Of a stretch of 44,212 nt of DNA, positions 1-7,663 are shown piece after piece. Both the position numbers and the translations under genes were made by a program. Source of the DNA: Gemmatimonadales bacterium (GTDB lineage Bacteria; Gemmatimonadota; Gemmatimonadetes; Gemmatimonadales; GWC2-71-9); contig JBBQQJ010000002.1 of assembly GCA_038216165.1 (NCBI GenBank), forward strand, positions 1 to 44,212, given 5' to 3'. How positions within the stretch are numbered: the first letter of the stretch is position 1; every line of letters starts with the position of its first letter. Under the pieces are notes generated by a model. That model was not told the origin of the DNA and ran no database searches. It saw only the letters and a list, made by a program, of their open reading frames with translations.

Positions 1-164
1 CCTGCATCCGTGCCGCGACGGGCGGGGTGGAGCGCACCCACATCATCGATGGCCGGGCGCCCGATGCCCTCCTGCTCGAGGTGTTCACTGGGGCGGGGTG
101 CGGCACCATGATCGTGGGACGAAAGGAAAAGGCGACCTACCTTGGCGTCGACCTGGCCGACTGA
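1..164 (+). CDS. argB: acetylglutamate kinase, C-terminal fragment (5-prime end outside window; frame begins at nt 3)
   Basis: Frame 3 reads ...[35 protein letters not shown]..., matching the conserved ArgB C-terminal block. Stop TGA at 162..164. Arginine genes follow directly. Confidence 0.7.
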   Translation, partial: CIRAATGGVERTHIIDGRAPDALLLEVFTGAGCGTMIVGRKEKATYLGVDLAD

Positions 165-1218
165 GGTCGCGTTCCTCCGCGAGCTGGTGGCGATCCCGTC
201 GGTCAGCGGGAACGAGCTGCCGGCCGCCGAGTTCGTCGAGGCCGAGGCGCGACGGCTGGGCCTCGACGTGGTGCGCGACGAGACCTCCGTCCGGATCGCC
301 GTGGGCGACGAGAGGACGGGGCCCACGCTGGCGCTCGCCTCGCATCTCGACGTGGTGCCGCCAGGGGAGGGGTGGACCCGCGACCCGTTCACCCCGGTGA
401 TCGAGGGGGACCTCCTCTACGGTCGTGGGGCCGGCGATGCCAAGGCCTCGGTGAGCGCGATGTTCTGGGCGCTCGCCGATCTCGCGGCGCGCGGCGGGCC
501 GGCACGCGGCCGGTTGCTCGGCATCTTCGCCTATGGCGAGGAGACCCGCGAGGCGACCATGCCGCTGGCGGTGCCACGCGCAGGGCGGCTCGATGCGGCG
601 CTGATCGGCGAGCCGACCAACCTCGAATTCAGCGTAGCCCAGCGTGGTCTGATGATGGTGGACCTCGTTGCCCACGGCGACCAGCGCCACGCCGGCTATG
701 CCACGGCGGGGGGCGACTTCACGAACGCGATCACGGCACTGGCCCGCGAACTGGTCAAGCTCGACGGGATCGTCGCGGAGCGGGTGCATCCGGTGCTCGG
801 GGTCACCATCGTCACGCCGACGATGCTTGAGGCCGGCGTCTCCCGCAACGTGACCCCACCCGTGGCGCGGGCCGTGCTCGACATCCGCTCCACGCCGGCC
901 TGGTCACACGAGGCCTTGGCGGCTGCCCTGGTGGAGCGCCTCGATTGCGAGGTCGTGGTGACCTCCACGCGTCTCGTCCCCTGTGAGACGCCAGCGGACT
1001 CGCGCCTCCTGGCGGTCGCCCGGGCGGTGCGCCCCGAGGCAGTGCCCTACGGCTCGCCGACGTGCAGTGACTGGTGCTTCCTGCAGCACCTGGATGCCAT
1101 CAAGGTGGGGCCCGGCACCTCGCGCCGCTCCCACACGCCGGATGAATCGGTAAACCTCTCCGAGGTGACCGCGGCACGCGCCTTCTACGCCCGGGTGGCG
1201 GAGGAGTACCTGGCATGA
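142..1218 (+). CDS. M20-family metallo-deacylase (acetylornithine deacetylase / succinyl-DAP desuccinylase-like)
   Basis: M20 motifs [17 protein letters not shown] and YGEE. TTG start overlaps the argB stop; its stop overlaps the argH start (ATGA at 1215..1218). The position between argB and argH suggests an ArgE role. Confidence 0.85.
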   Translation: MASTWPTEVAFLRELVAIPSVSGNELPAAEFVEAEARRLGLDVVRDETSVRIAVGDERTGPTLALASHLDVVPPGEGWTRDPFTPVIEGDLLYGRGAGDAKASVSAMFWALADLAARGGPARGRLLGIFAYGEETREATMPLAVPRAGRLDAALIGEPTNLEFSVAQRGLMMVDLVAHGDQRHAGYATAGGDFTNAITALARELVKLDGIVAERVHPVLGVTIVTPTMLEAGVSRNVTPPVARAVLDIRSTPAWSHEALAAALVERLDCEVVVTSTRLVPCETPADSRLLAVARAVRPEAVPYGSPTCSDWCFLQHLDAIKVGPGTSRRSHTPDESVNLSEVTAARAFYARVAEEYLA

Positions 1219-2594
1219 CCGATCCCGAGACGCTCTGGAGCCCTGGCGCACCACCCGATGCGCAGATGCTCGCCTACACGATCGGTGACGACCGCGAGGT
1301 GGACACCCGCCTGCTGGGCTGGGACGTGCTGGGCTCCCTTGGCCACGTCGAGGCGCTGCGTGGGGGGGGGATCATCACGACCCGCGAGCATGCCGCCCTC
1401 CGTCTCGCGCTGCGAGCCGCGCTCCAGGCGGTGGCCCGCGGCGAGCTCACGATCGGGCCGGCCCACGAGGATGGGCACAGTGCGGTCGAGGCGTGGCTCA
1501 CGGCACACTTCGGCGACGCCGGTGAGCGGCTGCACGCGGGGCGGTCGCGGAACGACCAGGTCACCACCGACGTGCGGCTGTTCCTGAAGGACCAGGCCCT
1601 GACGCTGCATGCCGGGATGCTGCAGCTGGCCGAGGTCCTGCTCGCGTTCGCGACCACCCACCGCAGGGTGGTGTGGCCGGGGTACACGCACCAGCGCATT
1701 GCGATGCCGTCCTCCGCGGCGCTCTGGGCCGCCGGCTACGCCGAATTGCTCCTTGATGCGGCGGAGGCCATCCACGGTGTCTGGCCGCGTCTCGACCGCT
1801 GCCCACTGGGCAGCGCCGCTGGCTACGGCGTGCCCCTGCCGCTCGATCGCGAGCGCGCCGCGGCGGCACTGGGCTTCGCGGGACTCGACCAGGTGGCCAC
1901 CTCGGTCCAGGCGGCTCGCGGTCAGGTGGAGGCGGCGGCGCTCTTCTGGTGCACGGAGGCGGCCCATGCCTGCGCCAAGCTCTCCGCAGATGTGATCCTC
2001 TTCAGCAGCGATGAGTTCGGGTGGCTCGTGCTCCCGGACGCGCTCTCGACCGGTTCGAGCATCATGCCGCAGAAGCGGAATCCGGACCTCTTCGAGCTCA
2101 CGCGGGCCCGTGCCGCGGCGCTCGAGGGCGACCTCGTGACCATTCTGGCACTCAAGGGACGGCTTCCCGGCGGGTACCACCGCGACTTTCAACTCCTCAA
2201 GGCACCGCTCTTCCGCGGCCTCGACCGGATGCGGGAGATGCTCGGCATGCTTGCGACGGCGATCCCCCGGCTCGGGGTCGATCCCGATCGGGCCCGGGCC
2301 GCGCTCCGGCCGGAAGTGTTCGCCACCGACGAGGCGATGCGCCGTGTGCGCGCTGGCGAGCCGTTCCGGCGCGCGTACCGCGACGTGGCCGCCGCCACCA
2401 AGCGAGGCGAGGTGATGCCGACCCCGTCCACGCGCACGCTCCTCGAGGCACGACGGAGCACGGGCGGCATGGGGAATCCCGGCGTGCAGGCGCTGCGCCG
2501 GCGGCTCCGGGCACTGGAGCGCTGGAACGCGCAGCAGCGGGCGCCTTTCGATGCGGCCATGGCACGGCTGCGCGGCACCGGGCGGTCCCGATGA
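1215..2594 (+). CDS. argH: argininosuccinate lyase
   Basis: Fumarate-lyase superfamily motifs GRSRNDQV, GYTHQRIAMP and signature GSSIMPQKRNPD. 459 aa. Confidence 0.95.
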   Translation: MTDPETLWSPGAPPDAQMLAYTIGDDREVDTRLLGWDVLGSLGHVEALRGGGIITTREHAALRLALRAALQAVARGELTIGPAHEDGHSAVEAWLTAHFGDAGERLHAGRSRNDQVTTDVRLFLKDQALTLHAGMLQLAEVLLAFATTHRRVVWPGYTHQRIAMPSSAALWAAGYAELLLDAAEAIHGVWPRLDRCPLGSAAGYGVPLPLDRERAAAALGFAGLDQVATSVQAARGQVEAAALFWCTEAAHACAKLSADVILFSSDEFGWLVLPDALSTGSSIMPQKRNPDLFELTRARAAALEGDLVTILALKGRLPGGYHRDFQLLKAPLFRGLDRMREMLGMLATAIPRLGVDPDRARAALRPEVFATDEAMRRVRAGEPFRRAYRDVAAATKRGEVMPTPSTRTLLEARRSTGGMGNPGVQALRRRLRALERWNAQQRAPFDAAMARLRGTGRSR

Positions 2595-3058
2595 GCCTCG
2601 ATCGCAAGAAGCGCCAGCTCAAGATCCTCGAGCTCGTGACCACCCGGCCGATGCGGACGCAGGACGACTTCGCCGATGCCCTGGCCCAGGAAGGATGGGA
2701 GGTCACACAGAGCTCGGTGAGTCGTGACATCTCGCAGCTCGGCCTGGTGAAGATGGACGGCATCTATACCCGCCCGGTCGCCGCACGCCTGATCGAGATC
2801 AGCGATCCCAACGAGCGACGCCTCGCCGAGTCGCTCCTGACGGTGGACCCCGCCGGCGACGCGCTCCTGGTGCTGCACACGCCGCCCGGGGAAGCGCAAC
2901 GCGTGGGGAATGCCCTGGACCTGTTGGCGTGGCCCGAGATCGTCGGCACCATCGCCGGCGACGACACGATCTTCATCGCCGTGGGCAACGCCGCAGCCCA
3001 GTCACTCGTGGCTCGCCGCCTCGGCGCCGTGATGCGGGATGGTGTCGGTGGCGCCTGA
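2591..3058 (+). CDS. argR: arginine repressor
   Basis: Internal ATG at 2591 overlaps the argH stop (ATGA). N-terminal winged-HTH (KKRQLKILELV...TQSSVSRDISQLGLVK) and C-terminal GTIAGDDTIFI arginine-binding/oligomerisation motif. The upstream part of ORF 2021..3058 is out-of-frame overlap with argH. Confidence 0.9.
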   Translation: MSLDRKKRQLKILELVTTRPMRTQDDFADALAQEGWEVTQSSVSRDISQLGLVKMDGIYTRPVAARLIEISDPNERRLAESLLTVDPAGDALLVLHTPPGEAQRVGNALDLLAWPEIVGTIAGDDTIFIAVGNAAAQSLVARRLGAVMRDGVGGA

Positions 3059-5000
3059 GGGGTGCGCGTCCCTGCGCCGTGGGGTGCTGGGGTTTCTCCT
3101 CGTCGGCTGTGGGGGGGGGACCGGCGACGTGGAATGGCCCGTTGTCCTCGGCGATCCGGGCGGCCAGCGACACTCGGCGCTGGCCGATATCGACACCGTG
3201 AACGTCGACCAGCTGGAGGAGGCCTGGCGCTGGTCCACCGGGGAGATGGCGGTCGGCGACCCGGGGCCAGACCAGTTGGTGCCTGGGCGCTTCCAGGCCA
3301 CGCCGGTGATGCGTGACGGCCGGCTCTTCCTGAGCACGCCATTCGCCGCGGCAGTGGCGCTCGATGCCGGCACCGGCGCGGAACTCTGGCGGTTCGACCC
3401 CGCGATCACCAGCCTGGGTCCCTCCTCCAATGGGCACGGTGCCTTCGTGCATCGTGGGGTGGCGGTGTGGGGGCGGTCCCGCGCGGAGCGGGTCTTTCTG
3501 GCCGCCCGGGGCACCCTCTGGGCGCTCGATGCCCGCACCGGCGCGCCGGTGGCCTCCTTCGGGGAAGCCGGGCGGGTGGACCTCGGCGCCCACCTCCGCT
3601 GGCCGGTGGATCGGCGCCATCTCGAGCACACCGCGCCACCCATCGTGGTCGGCGACGTCGTCATCGTGGGCAGTGCCATCGGCGACCAACTCATCTACGA
3701 GCAGGATCCGCCCGGTGACGTACAGGCGTTCGATGCCCGGACGGGTGCGCGCCTGTGGCGGTGGGATCCAGTCCCCCCCCCAGGAGACAGCCTCCGTGCC
3801 GGCTGGGGTGCCCGCTCGGCTGACGTGGCCGGTCATGCCAACGTCTGGTCGTTCATGACCGCCGACACGGCCCGCGGCCTGGTGTTCCTGCCGGTCAGTG
3901 CAGCGAGCAACGACTGGTACGGCGGTGCCCGGCCCGGCGACAACCGGTGGGCGGAGTCGGTGGTCTGCCTCGAAGCCGCGACCGGGCGCCTGGTCTGGGC
4001 GCAACAACTCGTGCACCACGGGCTCTGGGACTACGATCCCGCCGCCCCGCCGTTGCTGGCGACGGTGACCATTGGCGGCACCGCCCGCGACGTCGTGGTG
4101 CAGGCTGCCAAGAGCGGGTTCGTGCACGTGTTCGACCGGACGACGGGCGCCCCGCTGTGGCCGGTCGAGGAGCGGGCGGCGCCGGCTTCCGACGTGCCCG
4201 GCGAAGTGACCTCGCCGACCCAGCCGGTGCCGGTCCGTCCGGCGCCCTTTGCCCGCCAAGGCAGCCGACTCGAGGATGCGGTGGACTTCACCCCGGCGCT
4301 GCGCGACTCCGCCCGTGCCCTGCTCTCCCGGTATCGTCTCGGCCCGCTGTTCACACCACCCTCCCTTGAAGGGACCGTCGTGCGCCCCGGGTGGCTCGGC
4401 GGGGCGGGGTGGGGAGCCACGTCGTATGATCCCGCGAGCGGACTCCTGCTCGTCAAGGCCACCGAACAGCCCTCCCTGGCGCGTCTGGTGCCGCGCGACA
4501 CGGTGGACGCTGCTGGGGCCTACCGCCTGGGTGCCGGGTCACCGAGTGCACCGCTGATCTTGCGGGTGACCCTCGCGCGCCCGGAGGGTGGCACCTATCC
4601 TCCCCTGATGATCTCGGCCGTGAAGCCGCCCTGGGGGACGCTGACCGCCATCGACCTCGCCGATGGGACGATTCGCTGGCAGGTGCCGGTGGGAGATGAT
4701 GCCCGGCTGCGCGAGCATCCCGCGCTCGCGGACCTTGCCCTGCCGCCTCTGGGCGTGGCCGGGCCGTCCGGCGGGGTCACCACCGCGGGGGGACTCACCT
4801 TCCTCACCGGGGGGGGGGATGCCCTCTATGCCATGGACACCCGGACCGGCACCGTGCGCTGGCGCCAGCCATTGGGCATTGCCGGGCACGCCAATCCGAT
4901 GACCTACCGGTCAGGGGGCCGCCAGTTCGTGGTGCTGGCGATCGGGACCGGTGACCGGGCCGAGTTGGTCGCGTATGCGCTGCCGGAGCCGGGGCGATGA
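3039..5000 (+). CDS. PQQ-dependent dehydrogenase-like beta-propeller lipoprotein (quinoprotein glucose/alcohol dehydrogenase family)
   Basis: Signal peptide with lipobox (RRGVLGFLLVGC). Repeated propeller blades with W-docking pattern (ALDAGTGAELWRFD, ALDARTGAPV, AFDARTGARLWRW, AIDLADGTIRWQ, AMDTRTGTVRWRQ). 653 aa. Confidence 0.8.
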   Translation: MVSVAPEGCASLRRGVLGFLLVGCGGGTGDVEWPVVLGDPGGQRHSALADIDTVNVDQLEEAWRWSTGEMAVGDPGPDQLVPGRFQATPVMRDGRLFLSTPFAAAVALDAGTGAELWRFDPAITSLGPSSNGHGAFVHRGVAVWGRSRAERVFLAARGTLWALDARTGAPVASFGEAGRVDLGAHLRWPVDRRHLEHTAPPIVVGDVVIVGSAIGDQLIYEQDPPGDVQAFDARTGARLWRWDPVPPPGDSLRAGWGARSADVAGHANVWSFMTADTARGLVFLPVSAASNDWYGGARPGDNRWAESVVCLEAATGRLVWAQQLVHHGLWDYDPAAPPLLATVTIGGTARDVVVQAAKSGFVHVFDRTTGAPLWPVEERAAPASDVPGEVTSPTQPVPVRPAPFARQGSRLEDAVDFTPALRDSARALLSRYRLGPLFTPPSLEGTVVRPGWLGGAGWGATSYDPASGLLLVKATEQPSLARLVPRDTVDAAGAYRLGAGSPSAPLILRVTLARPEGGTYPPLMISAVKPPWGTLTAIDLADGTIRWQVPVGDDARLREHPALADLALPPLGVAGPSGGVTTAGGLTFLTGGGDALYAMDTRTGTVRWRQPLGIAGHANPMTYRSGGRQFVVLAIGTGDRAELVAYALPEPGR

Positions 5001-6934
5001 GGGCCGGGTGGCGCCGCGTGGTGGTGCTGGCCGTCGTGAGTACCGGCGCGTGTGACGCTCGGCAAGCGATCACGCCGGCCGTGGCGGACCTCACCCCAGC
5101 GACGACCGTTGGCCCACCGGCACCCTGGCGCGTCTCCGACAGCGTACCGCTGACGCGATATGAGCACGCCACGGCCGTCATCGGCCGGGAGCTGTTCTTC
5201 ATCGGTGGCTTCTACAATGAGGCCACGCAGGCGACCGTGCAGGTGGACGTGCTCCACCTCGATACCGGGGTCTGGCGTCAGGCCGCCGAGATGCCGATCC
5301 CCCTCACACACGTGAACGCCGTGGTCTTGGGGGACACGGCGATCTGGATCGTTGGCGGCTTCCGTGGCGACCATCCGGGGCCGGCCGTCGCCGAGACCTG
5401 GCGCTACCGAGTGGCGGCGGACCGCTGGGTCGCCGGACCACCGCTCCCTGCACCGCGCGGCGGTGGACTCACGCTGGCGCGCGGCGACACGTTGCACTTC
5501 GCTGGCGGCTGGTTGCCGGACCGCAACACCGACTCGCCCGATCACTGGATGCTTCGCCCCGGCGCCACGACATGGGAGCCTCGGGCGCCCATTCCCTCCC
5601 CACGCGGGCACCTCTCGGGCTTCGTGTACGACGGGCATCTGTACGCGGTGGGTGGCAACATCGGGCATGATCCGATCCCGGTCGATGTACCGTTCGTGCA
5701 CGTGTACGACCCCGTTCATGATCGATGGAGTGAGGCCCCCCCCCTGGCGCGCCCGCACACGCATACCGAGCCCGGTACGGTGTGGTGGCGCGACCGTGCC
5801 CTCTTCATCGGGGGGCGGGACCTGACGAGCTGGCGCTGGAACCTCGATGAGATCGTCAGCTGGAATCCGACGAGCGGTCGCTCGCGCCTCGAGGCCCTGA
5901 TGCCGGTCGGTCTCCTCGCGCCGACGGGCGTCGTGGTGGGCGACACCCTCGTGGTGGGGGCGGGCGCTCCCCGCATCAACAATCCCACCAACCCGCTCAT
6001 CTGGCGGGCGCCATTGCTCGGGGCGTGGCACCGCCTGCCGGCATTGCCTGCGGCACTCGGCGAGGTGTCCGCCGCCGTCATGGGCGACCGCCTCTTCCTG
6101 CTCGGGCAGGGCCATCGCATGACGTGGATGTTCGACCTCGCCCGCGGCCGGTGGGAACCGGCGGATCGCTGGGCGGCCCGGCCGATTCCCGGTCACCATC
6201 ACGGTGCCGAGGTGCTGGGCGGGGAGTTGTGGCTGCTGGGCGGACTCGGGGCGAGCGGTTCACGCGGGATGGTGCAGGTGTTCAATCCTGCACGAAATGC
6301 CTGGCGTCTCGGGCCCCCTTTGCCCCGTCGCGTCGGGGCTGCGGCCACGGCGATGATTGATGGCCGTCTGTACGTCGCCGGCGGGATTGCGGGTGATCAC
6401 ACCGTGCAGGATGCGTGGGTCCTCGACCCGCGGGACAGTGTGTGGCAGCCGATCGCGCCGTTGCCGTGGCCCCGCAATCATGCTGCCGCCGCCACCGATG
6501 GCGTCCGGTTCTATCTCTTCGGTGGGCGCGGGCCCGACAGCGGTGACGGCGAGATGGTGGCGAATGGCTATGACGATGTCCAGATCTACGATCCACGCAC
6601 CGACCGGTGGGTCACCAGCGACGGCAGTCCCGGGTCGCCGCCGCCACTGCCGGTTCGTCGAGGCGGGATGGGAAAGGCCGTCTTCCTGCACGGGGAGTTC
6701 TGGGTGATCGGGGGGGAGACGCTCGATGGTCCCGGTGCCAATGCGGGCGGAACCTTCTCACGCGTCGATATCTACGATCCCCAGCGCAACACCTGGCGTG
6801 AGGGACCACCGCTCCAGGTGGCGCGCCACGGCATCTTCCCCGTGATTGACGATGGGCGCATCCTCGTGGTCGGCGGGAGCGAAGTGCGCGGTGAGGGCAG
6901 CTCCACGGTGTTCGAGGTCCTGCGCCCGCGCTGA
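4997..6934 (+). CDS. Kelch-repeat (galactose oxidase / NanM-like) beta-propeller protein, secreted
   Basis: ATGA overlap with the upstream stop and an N-terminal signal-like segment. At least 10 Kelch-like units of the form hhhhGG...W..h..hP..R (e.g. LFFIGGF, IWIVGGF, LHFAGGW, LYAVGGN, LWLLGGL, LYVAGGI, FYLFGGR, FWVIGGE, ILVVGGS). Confidence 0.8.
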   Translation: MRAGWRRVVVLAVVSTGACDARQAITPAVADLTPATTVGPPAPWRVSDSVPLTRYEHATAVIGRELFFIGGFYNEATQATVQVDVLHLDTGVWRQAAEMPIPLTHVNAVVLGDTAIWIVGGFRGDHPGPAVAETWRYRVAADRWVAGPPLPAPRGGGLTLARGDTLHFAGGWLPDRNTDSPDHWMLRPGATTWEPRAPIPSPRGHLSGFVYDGHLYAVGGNIGHDPIPVDVPFVHVYDPVHDRWSEAPPLARPHTHTEPGTVWWRDRALFIGGRDLTSWRWNLDEIVSWNPTSGRSRLEALMPVGLLAPTGVVVGDTLVVGAGAPRINNPTNPLIWRAPLLGAWHRLPALPAALGEVSAAVMGDRLFLLGQGHRMTWMFDLARGRWEPADRWAARPIPGHHHGAEVLGGELWLLGGLGASGSRGMVQVFNPARNAWRLGPPLPRRVGAAATAMIDGRLYVAGGIAGDHTVQDAWVLDPRDSVWQPIAPLPWPRNHAAAATDGVRFYLFGGRGPDSGDGEMVANGYDDVQIYDPRTDRWVTSDGSPGSPPPLPVRRGGMGKAVFLHGEFWVIGGETLDGPGANAGGTFSRVDIYDPQRNTWREGPPLQVARHGIFPVIDDGRILVVGGSEVRGEGSSTVFEVLRPR

Positions 6935-7011
6935 TTCCCCAGTGCGTCCCTTCCTGCCATGCGCATCGTGATCATTGTCGACGCGGACCCCCGGCGCCTC
7001 CCGCGTGCCGC

Positions 7012-7659
7012 CTAGACCTCGAGCAGGGCCAGCACCTCAGTCGGGGAGCCGCAGTAGTAATGCGGTCCGGCAGGTGCCAATTGCTCCCGGGTGAACGGTC
7101 CCCATGTCACGCCGATCGTGGTGACGCCTGCCCCGCGCCCGCTGTGAATGTCGTGCGTGGAGTCACCGATGAACACGGCGTCGGCGGGCGCGGTCCCGAG
7201 GGTCTGCAGCGCGCGTGCCACGGGCTCGGGATGCGGCTTCGGATGCTCGACATCGTCGGCGCCCACGATCACCTCCATGATCCCCTCGAGCCCCACGAGA
7301 CGCAGCCCGCGTTCGGCCCCATGGCGGTTCTTGCTGGTGACGAGCCCGAGGCGGCACCCAGCGGCACGGGCCCGGCGGACCATCTCGACCGTCCCGGGGA
7401 AGGGACGCACCCGCTGGTCGTGGTATGTCAGGTTGTACTCGCGATAGCTCGCGATCCACGTCTCGATCTCCACGGCGCTGCCACCCATCTCCCGGAACAC
7501 CGTGCGCAGCGGCGTGCCGATGCCCGCCACGATCACCTCGCGGGTGAGGGGAGGGAGGCCGTGGACCGTGAAGGCATGCAGATAGCTATCGATGATCAGT
7601 TCGATCGAATCGATCAGGGTGCCGTCGAGGTCGAAGAGTACGGTGGGGAAGCGTGGCAT
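7012..7659 (-). CDS. HAD-superfamily phosphatase (phosphoglycolate phosphatase / PpaX-like)
   Basis: HAD motif I VLFDLDGTLIDS, motif II VTSK, motif III/IV K...FIGDSTHD. I chose the internal ATG at 7659 (MPRFPTVLFDLDG). The upstream 59 codons of ORF 7012..7836 overlap the helicase gene and look non-coding. Confidence 0.85.
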   Translation of the reverse strand: MPRFPTVLFDLDGTLIDSIELIIDSYLHAFTVHGLPPLTREVIVAGIGTPLRTVFREMGGSAVEIETWIASYREYNLTYHDQRVRPFPGTVEMVRRARAAGCRLGLVTSKNRHGAERGLRLVGLEGIMEVIVGADDVEHPKPHPEPVARALQTLGTAPADAVFIGDSTHDIHSGRGAGVTTIGVTWGPFTREQLAPAGPHYYCGSPTEVLALLEV

Positions 7660-7663
7660 CGGT

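Noticed and set aside
1185-2192. 335-aa minus-strand ORF opposite argH
   Set aside because: The sense frame has the fumarate-lyase signature GSSIMPQKRNPD; the antisense product is R/G/E/P-rich with no motifs.
2973-6202. Long minus-strand ORFs 2973..4259 (428 aa) and 4904..6202 (432 aa)
   Set aside because: They are antisense to the PQQ-dehydrogenase and Kelch genes, have low-complexity R/P/G/H composition and no family motifs, and the sense frames show clear propeller repeats.
6935-7011. Intergenic region between convergent Kelch and HAD genes, checked for a terminator or small RNA
   Set aside because: It has only a 6-bp inverted repeat (ACGCGG...CCGCGT) with a 14-nt loop and an 8-nt palindrome ATGCGCAT. 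There is no T-tract and no tRNA-like features.
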